Below, one piece after another: positions 41,237-54,879 of a DNA stretch of 64,000 nucleotides. The stretch lies in NCBI GenBank assembly GCA_951406725.2, contig OX597831.1, positions 20,460,001-20,524,000 on the forward strand, written 5' to 3'. Source of the DNA: Octopus vulgaris (Eukaryota). How positions within the stretch are numbered: position 1 is the stretch's first letter; every line of letters begins with the position of its first letter. Position numbers and translations under genes: made by a program. The notes below the pieces were generated by a model that was not told the origin of the DNA, did no database searches, and saw nothing but the letters and a program-made list of their open reading frames with translations.

Positions 41237-41995
41237 TACGAGTGTAATCCCAAAAGTAAAGTCTCTAAAAATATTTAGAAATCACAAACGTTTATTGCCA
41301 ATGATATTTACATCATTTTAAAGTTTAAACATTTATCTATTCGCCATTTCAGTGGATGCATTTTTGTTAGGCGCTGGGGTAGTTTTTGTAATGCCCACGT
41401 CATACAAGCTCACCACCATGTCGTTGAGGAAGCGTTCATCTTTCACATCGTCGTCGTTGCTGAAGGACGTTCCGGCCAAATATTCGTTAAACTAAGGGAA
41501 CAGGTGGTAGTCACTGGGTGCCAAGTTCGGACGATAAGGTGGGGTTGCCGTTTATGGTTTTCTTTGAGCATTCGTGGGATCCATCTTGCACACCTTCCGA
41601 TATTGCAATGTTTCTCCTCGTAAGACCCCTATGAATGGTGCTTCGGAAAATCTCAGGGACCAAAATGCGGAGATCACCCAGAGTGATCATACGATTTTCA
41701 CGCAAGATTTGCTCAACTTCCGCGACTGTCACGTCGGAAATTGATGGTTGCCCACTTCTTTCTTCGTAATGGATTTCAGTACGACCAGCTGCAAATTCCC
41801 AACAACACTTGCGCATGCGCAAAAAACACAACAGTGTTGCCAATAGCCACACGCACAGTTTCCCTCCGTTCTCACGCCCGAAATCCACGCCACCATCTCT
41901 TCAGTTATCCGGCCATCGGATAACTGAAGAGATGGTGACGTGGATTTCCGCCCCGACATCCGAAATTCGGAGTTTTATCATGGCTACCGGATAAT
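41237..41995 (-). mobile_element. Internally deleted mariner element
   Basis: TIR-like TACGAGTGTAATCCCAAAAGT; N-terminal FAAGRTEIHYEERSGQPS..RENRMIT fused to PPYRPNLAPSDYHLFP. Confidence 0.85.
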
Positions 41996-41997
41996 TG

Positions 41998-42062
<65 letters not shown>

Positions 42063-42074
42063 TAATATAAATTA

Positions 42075-42655
42075 TTCTTTTCTACTCAAGACACAAAGCC
42101 CGAAATTTTCGACTCCAATACTTAATTTATTGACTCTGAAAGGATGAAAGGCAAAGTCGACCTCGGCGGAATTTGAACTCAGAACGTAGCGGCAGACGAA
42201 ATACCGCTAAGCATTTCGCCCGGCGTGCTAACGTTTCTTATTTCTTTATTGCTCACAAAGAGCTAGACATAGAGGGGACACACTAGAACAGACAAAGGGA
42301 TTATGTCGATTACATCGACCCCAGTGTATTACTGGTACTTAATTTGTCGACCCCGAAAGGATGAAAGGCAAAGTCGACCTCGGCGGACTTTGAACTGATA
42401 ACGTAACGGCAGACGAAATACCTATTTCTTTACTACCCACAAGGGGCTAAACATAGAGGGGACAAACAAGGACAGACAAACGTATTAAACCGATTACATC
42501 GACCCCAGTGCGTAACTGGTACGTAATTTATCGACCCCGAAAGGATGTAAGGCAAAGTCGACCTCGGCGGAATTTGAACTCAGAACGTAACGGCAAACGA
42601 AATATCGCTACGCGTTTCGCCTGGCGTGCTAACGATTCTGCCAGCTCGCCGCCTT
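42075..42655 (-). mobile_element. SINE family B, three nested or tandem copies
   Basis: Junctions AAAGAAATA|GGTATTTCG and AAAGAAATA|AGAAACGTTAG on the minus strand. Confidence 0.88.
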
Positions 42656-42661
42656 CGTAAG

Positions 42662-43170
42662 ATAAATTATTAAAGTTAGACGCAATTTCAAACAAAAAAG
42701 GCAGAAATACAATCCTCACTAAAAGTGGCTCAGGGTGCAAGTCTGCACCAGCATTGCTAGAAATAGAAGTCAAAGCAACTCTTAGCAAAGAACAGAGCAC
42801 AGGGCACTATCTATAAACTGACAAGAGTGACAACTTCCCCACAACAAGCGAGGGCGCTAGAATGGTCGCTCGATTTCGGATAGAATTAATCCGTATCGAT
42901 GCTTTTACTCCATTGCCTAGGGTTAAGCTATCTTGACTTGTCAGTTTATGGAATATACCATAGGAATCAGTGGCTGATTCTATAAAATCGTAAAGTGAAA
43001 ATTATAAATTATTAAAGTAGCCAGACGCAATTTAAAACCAAAAGCCACAAATACAATCGTCACTAAAAGTGACTAAGAGTGCAAATCTGCACCGGCATTG
43101 CTAGAAATAACCGAACATAGCCACGAACATAGCACTATCTATAGACTGAGAAGGGAGCCGAGCTACGTAC
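42662..43170. repeat. Diverged ~340-bp-period partial tandem related to the 35267-35645 element
   Basis: ATAAATTATTAAAG..CGCAATTT..TCACTAAAAGTG..TGCACC(A/G)GCATTGCTAGAAATA at 42662 and about 43003. Confidence 0.75.
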
Positions 43171-43239
43171 AGCACACGACGTGTTTTCACAGTTTTCACC
43201 TAGCCTTGTTATGTATGTTATGTATGTAGGTATTTGTCG

Positions 43240-43835
43240 GGCGACGAACTGGCAGAAACGTGAGCACGCCGGGCGAAATGCTTAGCGGTATTTCGTCTGC
43301 GTTACTTTGTGAGTTCAAATTCCGCCGAGGTCGACTTTGCCTTTCATCCTTTCGGGGTCGATAAATTAAGTACCAGTTACGCACTGGGGTCGATGTAATC
43401 GACTTAATCCGTTTGTCTGTCCTTGTTTGTCCCCTCTGCGTTTAGCCCCTTGTGGGTAGTAAAGAAATAGGTATTTCGTCTGCGTTACGTTGTGAGTTCA
43501 AATTCCGCCGAGGTCGACTTTGCCTTTCATCCTTTCGGGGTCGATAAATTAAGTACCAGTTACGCACTGGGGTCGATGTAATCGACTTAATACCTATGTC
43601 TGTCCTTGTTTGTCCCCTCTGTGTTTAGCCCCTTGTGGGTAATAAAGAAATAGGTATTTCGTCTGCGTTACGTTGTGAGTTCAAATTCCGCCGAGGTCGA
43701 CTTTGCCTTTCATCCTTTCGGGGTCGATAAATTAAGTACCAGTTACGCACTGGGGTCGATGTAATCGACTTAATACCTATGTCTGTCCTTGTTTGTCCCC
43801 TCTGTGTTTAGCCCCTTGTGGGTAATAAAGAAATA
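43240..43835 (+). mobile_element. SINE family B, head plus three tandem 183-bp bodies
   Basis: GGTATT at 43287, 43470, 43653 and 43836; TSD-like TAGGTATT(T/C)GTCGG at 43227 and 43834. Confidence 0.92.
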
Positions 43836-44458
43836 GGTATTCGTCGGCCAGTGGCTTTACTAAAGGAAACGTGCCTCAGATGTCTCGTAGTGAGACTGAA
43901 CTCGAGACCACGTTGTTTGCAAAGCGAACTTCCTAAACGTACAGCCACGCCCTACGCTCAAATGAAAAAATATACAGACACACAGAGATACATAGTGTAT
44001 CAGCGGTACATCATCGCGAAACAGAAAGTGAAACAAGAACGAAAGCAGCAGCAGCAGTTGTAGCAACAATAAACAGTAAAAAATAATACAATACGAAACG
44101 TTTTTGAGAACTATCAAAAGTAAACGCATATATTTGTTTAATATTCTTCTACAGTTCTTTCGTATATTTTTTCCTTCTCTTTTCTTCTTTCTTTCTTTCA
44201 TTCTTGCCTTCTTTTTTTTTTTACACATCGTGTTTGTTTCTTTCCCTCATTCTTTCCTACTTCTTTCTTGCCATATTCTTCGGCATCTTATATCTTTAAT
44301 TATTTCTTTGTTTTTATTTCTTTCACAATTGCGACCATGTTTTGTGTTTCGTTTACCCCACCTCTGCTATTTATCTCCCCTTTCTTCTTCATTACTTCAT
44401 ATAATTTTTCTTCTCAATCTCTTATTTCTATAGCCTTTCTTTCTCTCTTTCCTTCTTA

Positions 44459-44517
<59 letters not shown>

Positions 44518-44628
44518 TCCGTTTTACATGCTTTCCTTCCTTTTGTTTAACGAAATGTCAGGGAAAAACTTGATAAAACTAGATCAGGTTTTGCAGTCAT
44601 GCAGATAACAATGAGTATGAGCAACGAG

Positions 44629-45030
<402 letters not shown>

Positions 45031-45276
45031 TATAATATATGGTTGTGTGTGTGTATGCATGTGTGAATATATATATATATATATATCCATGTATATATAC
45101 ATATGTATCTACGTAGATATACGCACAGAGCAATTGTCATGCACAATACAACAAAATAATTCTCTATGTTTTGTGTGTGTTTGCATATGTACTTATATAT
45201 AAATATATCATCATAAATATGTAGGTGTATATATACATACAAGCTTACACATATATATTTATATACATACACTGAT

Positions 45277-45315
<39 letters not shown>

Positions 45316-45369
45316 CATCTGCTCATGATTATGCATACATACATATACAACCACACACATATATGTGCA

Positions 45370-45429
<60 letters not shown>

Positions 45430-45584
45430 CTAGCATACACGTACTAGCATAAATAGATAAATAAATATATGTGTGTGTATGTGTGTATACATATATGAAT
45501 GCGAAAAGGAAGAAAGTGGAGAAATTGACAAATAGACATCAGTTTATTAAAGATATTTAAATAACTATAAGACGAAATTTTTAT

Positions 45585-45693
45585 CCCTACAGCCGTTTTC
45601 ATAGCCAATTGATTCAATGAGAGAAGTTAAAACAAATTAAATTTATTCAAAATTTTCATATTGAAACCGGTTATTTGCGTATTTCATCAGGGG
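45585..45693 (-). ncRNA. Hammerhead-like motif with very long stem II
   Basis: CCC-CTGATGA-AATA..(long imperfect stem)..TAT-GAAAAC-GGCT-GTA-GGG. Confidence 0.55.
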
Positions 45694-45700
45694 AGAATTT

Positions 45701-45723
<23 letters not shown>

Positions 45724-45733
<10 letters not shown>

Positions 45734-45937
45734 AATTAAGGACTGAACACGAAAAGTGGACAGTCAACATGCTAGATATAGACGTCAAATCGTCATTCTC
45801 CACAAAAGATTATGTTCTCAGATCAAACTTGAGTTTGATCTGAGAACATAATCTTTTGTGGAGAATGACGATTTGACGTCTATATCTAGCATGTTGACTG
45901 TCCACTTTTCGTGTTCAGTCCTTAATTGGTATATATA
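45724..45937. repeat. Near-perfect 214-bp palindrome
   Basis: Arms are exact reverse complements around a central TG at 45830-45831. Confidence 0.95.
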
Positions 45938-46015
45938 AATATATTAATCTTCGGATTCTTTTTTAATATGCTAGACCACTGGTCTTAATTGATAAATATC
46001 AATTTCTACCCTTAA

Positions 46016-46106
<91 letters not shown>

Positions 46107-46125
46107 ATAATATGTATATACATAC

Positions 46126-46318
46126 ATAGTGTATCGCTGGCTATTTTCTTTCTCCGTCTTCCCTTCTTTGGACTTTTTCTATATTTCTGATGAAGAGCTT
46201 CGCTCAAAACGTCAAATCCACTTTCTTTCCTTTCCTTTCCTGAGCGTCCAATAACACAGCACTTGTTCCACGTCCTCACATTGTTGTTTCTTCTTGCTTG
46301 TTCTTGTTTGGATTGACT
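46126..46318 (+). mobile_element. Family F2 element with hammerhead motif at 46183-46217 (G12>A)
   Basis: ATTT-CTGATGA-AGAGC-TTC-GCTC-AAAAC-GTC-AAAT; between (TA)n tracts. Confidence 0.72.
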
Positions 46319-46319
46319 A

Positions 46320-46503
<184 letters not shown>

Positions 46504-46676
46504 AATAAAATACATACATATATATATATATATGCATATATACATACATATATGTACATACATATATATATGTATATATATATACATGAGCATATATATA
46601 TATATATTGGCTAGAATGTAACGAAGTAAGTTGTCCTTTTATATGTTCCTATCATTGTGTCTTTCGTGTTGTGAAG

Positions 46677-46759
46677 CATCCTGATGAGGGGAGTGTCTGT
46701 TTCATTAAAATATGAAATTTATGTCATATCGGACACGTCTCCGATACGGCCCATCGATG
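46677..46759 (+). ncRNA. Degenerate hammerhead motif with long stem II
   Basis: CATC-CTGATGA-GGGGAGTGTCTG...CGGACACGTCTCC-GATAC-GGCC-CATC-GATG. Confidence 0.62.
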
Positions 46760-46991
46760 GAACATTATCTTCGCGTATTAGTATCTCCTTTTAATGTTGT
46801 ATAATTTCAAACTTTCCACTGGACTCCGTGTTGTAACTTGTGAATCTTTATTACCTTGTATCGTATCGTGTGAATTAATGATTATCGTGTGAATTATTAA
46901 TTCAATAAGTCTTATATTATGTTGATGTTTTATATTTTGCCTGTGCACTTATATACATATGAGCATTTTTGAATATTTTTAAACACCTACG

Positions 46992-47158
46992 AGTTAGTTA
47001 GTTAGTTAATTTGGCTCAAAAGCAAATAGCAAGGCCATGTAGAGGGACATGGAGTTAAGTACAGGGTGGTATTCATGTAAAGAGTTCAGGCCACTTGAGG
47101 TCCAGGGAGGCTTTGAACAAAGCGGTCGTCGGCATCTTCACCATCTCGTCTGGCAGCA
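46992..47158 (-). mobile_element. CR1-clade LINE 3' end with (TAAC)n tail
   Basis: LPDEMVKMPTTALFKASLDLKWPELFT* followed by a short UTR and TAAC repeats. Confidence 0.8.
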
Positions 47159-47316
47159 TCGACGTTTTATATCTATTTGTATATCTATTTATGTATTTAT
47201 ATATTTATAATGCCAACTTATTTTTAAATATTTAAAGATATTTTTAAATAATTGCGTATGTTTAAATATTAAATATTTATATGTTTATATACTTGTATGT
47301 TTTAATACTATATATA

Positions 47317-47485
<169 letters not shown>

Positions 47486-47555
47486 ATATAAATAATATAT
47501 GAATATATGCATATATACATAAATATATGTATATACCTACATATATATGTATATA

Positions 47556-48275
47556 ACGAATAAAACAGAGAAACGAGACATGCAACATAAAGAATATCTC
47601 CCTTCTTCAGTTGTCCCTGTTTCATCTACTCCACGTTACGAAGGCAAGGACAAGACGCGACGTCGTTGAAATAGTCCTTTCCGCAAAGCAAATTAAATCA
47701 AATTTGGAATTTTTTTTGCGGAGGGTGAAAGTGGTAACAAGAACAGGACAGTGAAAACAAAGCAGCAAAAACAAACGGTGATGGCTGTTAAGCCAAGACG
47801 ATAGAAAATTATGAACGTTAGCAAGACGAGCTTATGAAGGAGACAGTATAAGCACGTTTTTTCTTTACGAAGGTTGTGGCAAAAAGATTATCTTTCGTCA
47901 CGTGTCAGCGACAAGAGAGTCGAGGCGGAGGAGAGAGAGAGTGTGAACGGTGAAGGGGAGGAGAAGAATAGGGAAAGGTGGGAGAGAAAACCAGAAAGGA
48001 TGAAGAACAAGAGATGGAGAGAGATACAGAGAGAAGAGATAGTAAAGATAGAAGAGTGCGCATCGTAATTATAAAGATAAAACTTACATGGAAAAGGATG
48101 CGTGGCGTTCGATCATATTATAATATAAATAATATGTGAATATATGCCTATATACATACATATATGTACATACCTACATATATATATACATGCATATATG
48201 GGTACGGGACATAAAAAAAACGTTGAACACAATGAGAAACGAAAACATATAAACAAAAATATAGAAACGAACCTT
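47556..48275. repeat. Unclassified interspersed repeat, partly shared with about 6270-6500
   Basis: Shared GGATGCGTGGCGTTC(A/G)ATCA and GCATATATGGGTAC(A/G)GGAC blocks. Confidence 0.5.
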
Positions 48276-48393
48276 GTATGTATGAATATGTATGTATACA
48301 TATACTATCTATCTATTTATCTGTCTATCTAACGATTGCTCAATCGATGTATCTTCCTCTCTCACTCTCCCTCCCTCCAAATACACACACACG

Positions 48394-48437
<44 letters not shown>

Positions 48438-48876
48438 CACGTATATTCACATGCATATGTACATACAAAATTACAGAATGGTTCTGCTTGAAAGGAGCCA
48501 AGAGTAAATGAAATGTGTACATTACACGCAGCGTGATCGAACCCATGACTGCGAGGTGAATTTCTTCATTTCTTTTACGCTGCGTTCACGATTTTGTGAA
48601 AGGATAGAGTATGATAGTTTACGATGCTGGCTTTAAGAATAGCTCTTCTTACCTTAGACTAATAACACAATGCATTCTATACAGGATTTACAGATAACAA
48701 AATAGATTGCCTTACAATAAAACACCGTCTAAGATAGATTAAAAATTTAATTACAATAAAATATAAAATAACATAATGCAATATATGAATATCACAATAT
48801 GAAATATGGTATATATATATATATATCTATATATATATATATATACACATTTATATATATAGCTGTTTATGTATAA

Positions 48877-48984
<108 letters not shown>

Positions 48985-49400
48985 ATATATTTATACATAT
49001 GCATATATTGAATATAGGTATGTACATATTACACATATCTATGCATATGTGTGTATTTGTATGTATGTCCTTGTGTGTGTGAGTGTGTTATATATATACA
49101 CACACACACATATATAGATATATATATATATGTATGTATATGTGTGTGTGTGTGTCCGTGTGTATGTGTGTGTGTGTTTGTGTATATTGATAGATTGTTA
49201 TTCGTATTAATGCCTGTTTTTATACATGCATGGAAACATGTACGTATGTTTGTAAGTATGCATAAACACACATATCTATATGAATGCATACAATCATGCA
49301 TTTATACACACGTACATAAATGTGAGTATTTAAATGATAGTGTATAAATATGTACATGATGCCTATGTATATATGAATATATATGTATATATGAATATTT

Positions 49401-49479
<79 letters not shown>

Positions 49480-50279
49480 CATATGTCTATAGCTATGTGT
49501 ATATATGTTTGTATGTGCATATACGTATATATATATGTATTTATACACACACACACACATATATATTAAGGTTCATACCTATATACATATGCATGTTTTT
49601 ATTATGCATGGATAAATATGTGCTCATTCATACAGACGTATATAAATTTGGAAGAAAGCGAGAAAATGAATAAAAGAGAGACGCAAACAGCATTTATTAA
49701 ATGCATAAAGTATATGACAAAAAGCCGGAAGCTTGAAATAATAGTTTTTATTCAACTTCCGCTTTTAACAGATTCCGGTTTGATTTTCTTCATAATATTA
49801 CAAATTGTTAGATTAACGTCATAATTAAGTTCTTTCAGCCATTGAATTAATATTTTTTTTCTTTAAATTTACATTCTTTAGACAATGTATTTTATCCGCA
49901 AGGGGAGATTGAAATCGTGACGTCGTTGTCACAATTTCTCATTTCCTTTTCCTTCCTGCTAGATTTTATGAACATGCGTACTGGAAACAATAAATGATTA
50001 GGAGAAACAATGATTATAACGTTACATAAGGAAAGAGAAACAACACTCAACCCTACAAAAATATATAATAAAATGCAATAAAAATGTTTTGGTTGTTATG
50101 GCTGATATTATGGTAGTAGTTATAGTAGTGGTAGTGGTGGTGATGGTAGTGATTGTGGTGGTGATGGTGTGATGGTGGTGGTGGTGGTAGTACTGGTCAT
50201 GGTAGCGGAGTTAGCAGCAGTGATAGAGGTGGTGGTAGTAAAGGAGTTGACGATAGAAACGAATGTAGTGGTGGTGGTG

Positions 50280-50660
50280 GTGTTGGAGATGGTTATAACG
50301 GTAGAAGTAGTAGTTGTAGTGGTGGTGGTGGTGTTGGAGATGGTTATAACGGTAGAAGTAGTAGTAGTAGTGGTAGTAGTGGTGTTGGTTATAACAGTAG
50401 AAGTAGTAGTGGTAGTTGTGGTGGTGGTGTTGGAGTTGGTTATAACGGTAGAAGTAGTAGTAGTGGTGGTGGTGGTGGTGGTGGTGGTTATAACGGTAGA
50501 AGTAGTAGTAGTGGTGGTGGTGGTGATGCTGGTTATGACAGCAGAAGTAGTAGTAGTAGTGGTGGTGGTGTTGGTGTTGAATATAACGGTAGAAGTAGTA
50601 GTATTAGTAGTAGTAGTGGTGGTGGTGGTGGTGGTAGTAGTAGTAGTAGTTGTGGTAGCA
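50280..50660. repeat. Variable-length minisatellite with TTATAACGGTAGAAGTAG core within (GTA)/(GTG) repeats
   Basis: Core recurs about 7 times at roughly 45-60-bp spacing. Confidence 0.85.
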
Positions 50661-50792
50661 CATGTTGCTGATGCTGCTGTTTTAGATGCTTTTGTTTTTG
50701 CTGCTGTTGGGTGTTGTTATTGTTGTTGTTGTTGCGTTTGCCTAGAAATGTGGAAGCCATATTTTCCGAGCTTTAACACTACATCTAATTGT

Positions 50793-51047
50793 TATGTGGC
50801 AACGCAAGAAGGTAGCGGGGGTGAGGAAATAACGAAAGAACAAACACCACCACCATCACCACCACCACCAACACCACCAGCACCAGCACCACCACCACCA
50901 CTACCACCACCACCACCATCACTACCACCACCACCACCATCACCAACAACAACAACAACACCACTACCACCACCACCACCACTACCATCACCACCACCAA
51001 CCACCACCACCACCACCACCACCACCACCACCACCACCACCACCACC

Positions 51048-51079
<32 letters not shown>

Positions 51080-51272
51080 CAATATCAGTAATAATAATAA
51101 TTATAAAAACTACAACAAAACGTTACTATTCTATCATAATCATTAATTAGAAGAAAATCATTAGTGTTGGAGAGACTGCTTTCTTATGTCATTTAATTAC
51201 TTTTCCTCAACATCTGATTTCGTATCCCACCAAGGCGAATATTGCAGTTTGTGCATTTAGGAACACTCACTT

Positions 51273-51324
<52 letters not shown>

Positions 51325-51754
51325 GTATACATGTGAAAGCACGTGGCTTAGCAGTTAGGGTATTCGGATCATGATCGTAAGGTCGTGGGTTTTATTCCTG
51401 GCGGAACGCTGTATCCTTAGGCAAGACGCTTAGTTTCACGTTGCTCAATTCATTTCTGAGCTGGCAAAGATGAGCCAGCTTTGCCACATACCTTAAGAGA
51501 ATGCATGTTTGTACAAATACATATGTGATGACTATAAGTCGATTTCGAACCATGGCATCGCTTGATTGTTCTCTTAAACTTGAGCTGCCCAGATGTAGCT
51601 AGCTCATTTTTGCCAGCTCAGAAATGACTTGAGCAACGTGAAACTAAGCGTCTTGCCTAAGGATACAGCGTTCCGCCAGGAATAAAATCCACGACCTTAC
51701 GATCATGATCCGAATACCCTAACCGCTAAGCCACGTGCTTTCACATGTATACTT

Positions 51755-51840
<86 letters not shown>

Positions 51841-52026
51841 AAGTGAGTGTTCCTAAATGCACAAACTGCAATATTCACCTTGGTGAGATTCGAAATCAGA
51901 TGTTGAGGAAAAGCAATTAAATGACATAACAAAGCAGTCTCTCCAACACTAATGATTTTCTTCCAATTAATGATAATGATAGAATAGTAACGTTTTGTTG
52001 TAGTTTTTATTATTATTCTTACTGAT

Positions 52027-52077
<51 letters not shown>

Positions 52078-52168
52078 GGCGGTAGTGTAGGTGATGGTGG
52101 TGGTGGTGGTGGTGGTGTTTGTTCTTTCGTTATTTCCTTCCCCCGCTACCTTCTTGCGTTGCCACATA
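50793..52168. repeat. Large fold-back inverted duplication (arms 50793-51480 / 51597-52168) including a SINE C copy
   Basis: Arms are reverse complements apart from scattered substitutions and microsatellite length; ~116-bp spacer. Confidence 0.93.
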
Positions 52169-53002
52169 TTATTATGGACCTACACTCGCAGGGACAAATA
52201 CAGCAAAAATCGGCACCACTTGTAGTAGTTGTTCAGAGAGATGCCACCCTACTCACACTGATATTTGGCTGTTGTTAAGCAAGAAGACGAGTAAGGGTGA
52301 TTAGGTGATGGTCTAGGGCTTAGGGGCGGGAGACCCCAGACCTTGGAAAAAAATTTGGTCGTCTTGTAGTCTAGGGCTCTTCGTTGACGCCTGACACCAC
52401 TGGGAGGTGACCCTCGAAGTCACTGGAAATGGACATCTCCAGGTCCAAATTCTTGAACGGCTGATATTTAGCTTCATTTCATCATAGAATTTTCATTGTT
52501 TGTTCTGCGTTTTCCAGCTGCAGCCAGCCATGGTACGCAAGTTAAAAATCAATTTCTGCGAAGAAAGGTCAAGCATAAAGCCAACTTTACTCTCTAAACA
52601 GCATATGCATTTGTCGGAAAGAAAGAACTAGTCTACATCATGCAAACGAAAGTCTCTACAGGTAGCAAGTAACCAACTGCAATTACTAAGATATTTAAAA
52701 GATAGACATGCTAGTCTATTTTCTGACTGCTTTCTAAACGAGCAGAATATTTTATACTGTTGATTGGTGAAAGAAATTATGTGTATGTTTTCTCTCATGA
52801 ACCACCAACACACTGAGAAGCAGCCCTTTAGGTGTTTTTCTATCCATTTTCTCGCATATCAAGAGTACAGAAGGATTACATTTTTGACAGCCAACAGTAT
52901 CCCTGGACACATATAAATGCATCTATCTACCTACCTACCTACCTACCTACCTACCTACCTACCTACCTACCTACCTACCTACCTACCTACCTACCTACCT
53001 AC

Positions 53003-53118
<116 letters not shown>

Positions 53119-53119
53119 A

Positions 53120-53232
53120 GGCGTAGGAGTGGCTGTGTGGTAAGTAGCTTGCTTGTCTTCTACTATAGCCTTGGGCTGACCAAAGCCTTGTGAATGGATT
53201 TGGTAGACGGAAACTGAAAGAAACCCGTCGTA

Positions 53233-53299
<67 letters not shown>

Positions 53300-53520
53300 A
53301 TATGTTTGTGTATGTGTTTGTCCCTCCAAACATCACTTGACAACCGATACTGGTGTGTTTACGTCCCCGTAACTTAGCGGTTCGGCCAAAGAGACCGATA
53401 GAATAAGTACTAGGCTTTAAAAAATAAGTCCTGGGGTCGATTTGCTCGACTAAAGGCGAGGCTCCAGCATGACCACAGTCAAATGACTGAAACAATTAAA
53501 AGAGTATGAGTAAAAGAGTA
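53120..53520 (+). mobile_element. SINE family A with internal deletion of the B-box region
   Basis: Head joined directly to TGTCTTCTACTATAG. Confidence 0.88.
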
Positions 53521-53525
53521 TTTAT

Positions 53526-53628
<103 letters not shown>

Positions 53629-54411
53629 CCTATCTATCTATCTATCTATCTATCTACCTATCTATCTATCTATCTATCTCTGTTCAGTTGACTAAACTTA
53701 TGTTATGTCACTTATGTTATCCATCTCGAAAGGATGAAAAGCAAAGTTGATCTCGGCGGAATATTGAACCCAGAACGTAAAACTCGAAATAAATGTCTCT
53801 AAGTATTTTGTCCAACTTAATAACGCGTCTACCAACTCTCCACCTTCTACGACAGCAACAGCAACAGCAGCAACATCATCAATATTGAAAACACTAACAC
53901 CAACAGCAACACTAAAGCCAGATGTACACTGCAAACAGAAAAATACAACACGTCCAATATGGCCGACGGAAGTAATTAGAAGATGAGCTGGATTTAGGAC
54001 AAACTGCTACTTAACGGAATAGATGCACGTAAACAGAGGGATTAGTTGGATGGAGTGTAATCCGGTCATTTAGCTATAATCAGTTTCTAATCCAATAATA
54101 ATTGAGTGTAGAAGAATTTTTGAACTGTCGTTCACACTAAGTGGCATATAGGTGGTGGTGGTGCTGGTGCTGGTGGTGGTGGTGATGGTGGGTGTGAGAT
54201 GTGTGGGTGATGGTGGGACGTGTGGTGTGGGGTCTGGTCGAAGGTGGGTGGTTGGGTGGGGTGGGAGTCGATTTACATGTATATATGCAGTTGCTGTTTG
54301 GTAAGCTTATGTAAATGTGTTTGCATGTAGCTAGTTTGTAAGTGTATGTATGTGAGTGTGTATATGTGGCTGTCAGTATGAAAATATTAGTGAATACATA
54401 TATGCATGTCT

Positions 54412-54460
<49 letters not shown>

Positions 54461-54768
54461 ATGTGTATAAGCATGTGTATAAAGTGTACATGTTTGGGTG
54501 TGTGTGTGCATATGCATATACACACACACATATATTTAAATATATACATATAAACATATACACATACACATGCAAAAAGACAAACACATGCACACACACA
54601 CATATATATGCATGTACGCATGTGTGTGTGTGTGGACATGTAAACTCTGTATGTAGCTGTGCACAATATCATCAGCAGACAGGTATACGTTGATGGAAAT
54701 AAGAGTGTATGTACGTGTGTATATGTCAGTGCAGGCACATTTGTGTATATATACATAGACACATAGAT

Positions 54769-54860
<92 letters not shown>

Positions 54861-54879
54861 ATGTATGTAAGCATGAGCC

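Noticed and set aside
43287-43836. CRISPR-like or retrozyme array
   Set aside because: Units are contiguous SINE bodies with no unique spacers and no ribozyme core found.
47595-47690. Minus-strand CTGAAGA and nearby hairpins
   Set aside because: Could not be assembled into a hammerhead with a correctly placed GAAA and NUH.
50169-51146. 325-aa Val/Pro/Thr-rich ORF, or a mucin-like Thr-rich reading on the minus strand
   Set aside because: Built from (GTA/GTG/ACC) repeats and a minisatellite, and part of it is duplicated with a different repeat length; no supporting gene structure.
53953-53975. CCAATATGGCCGACGGAAGT, YY1/ETS-like promoter motifs
   Set aside because: Short motifs with no associated gene or other support.
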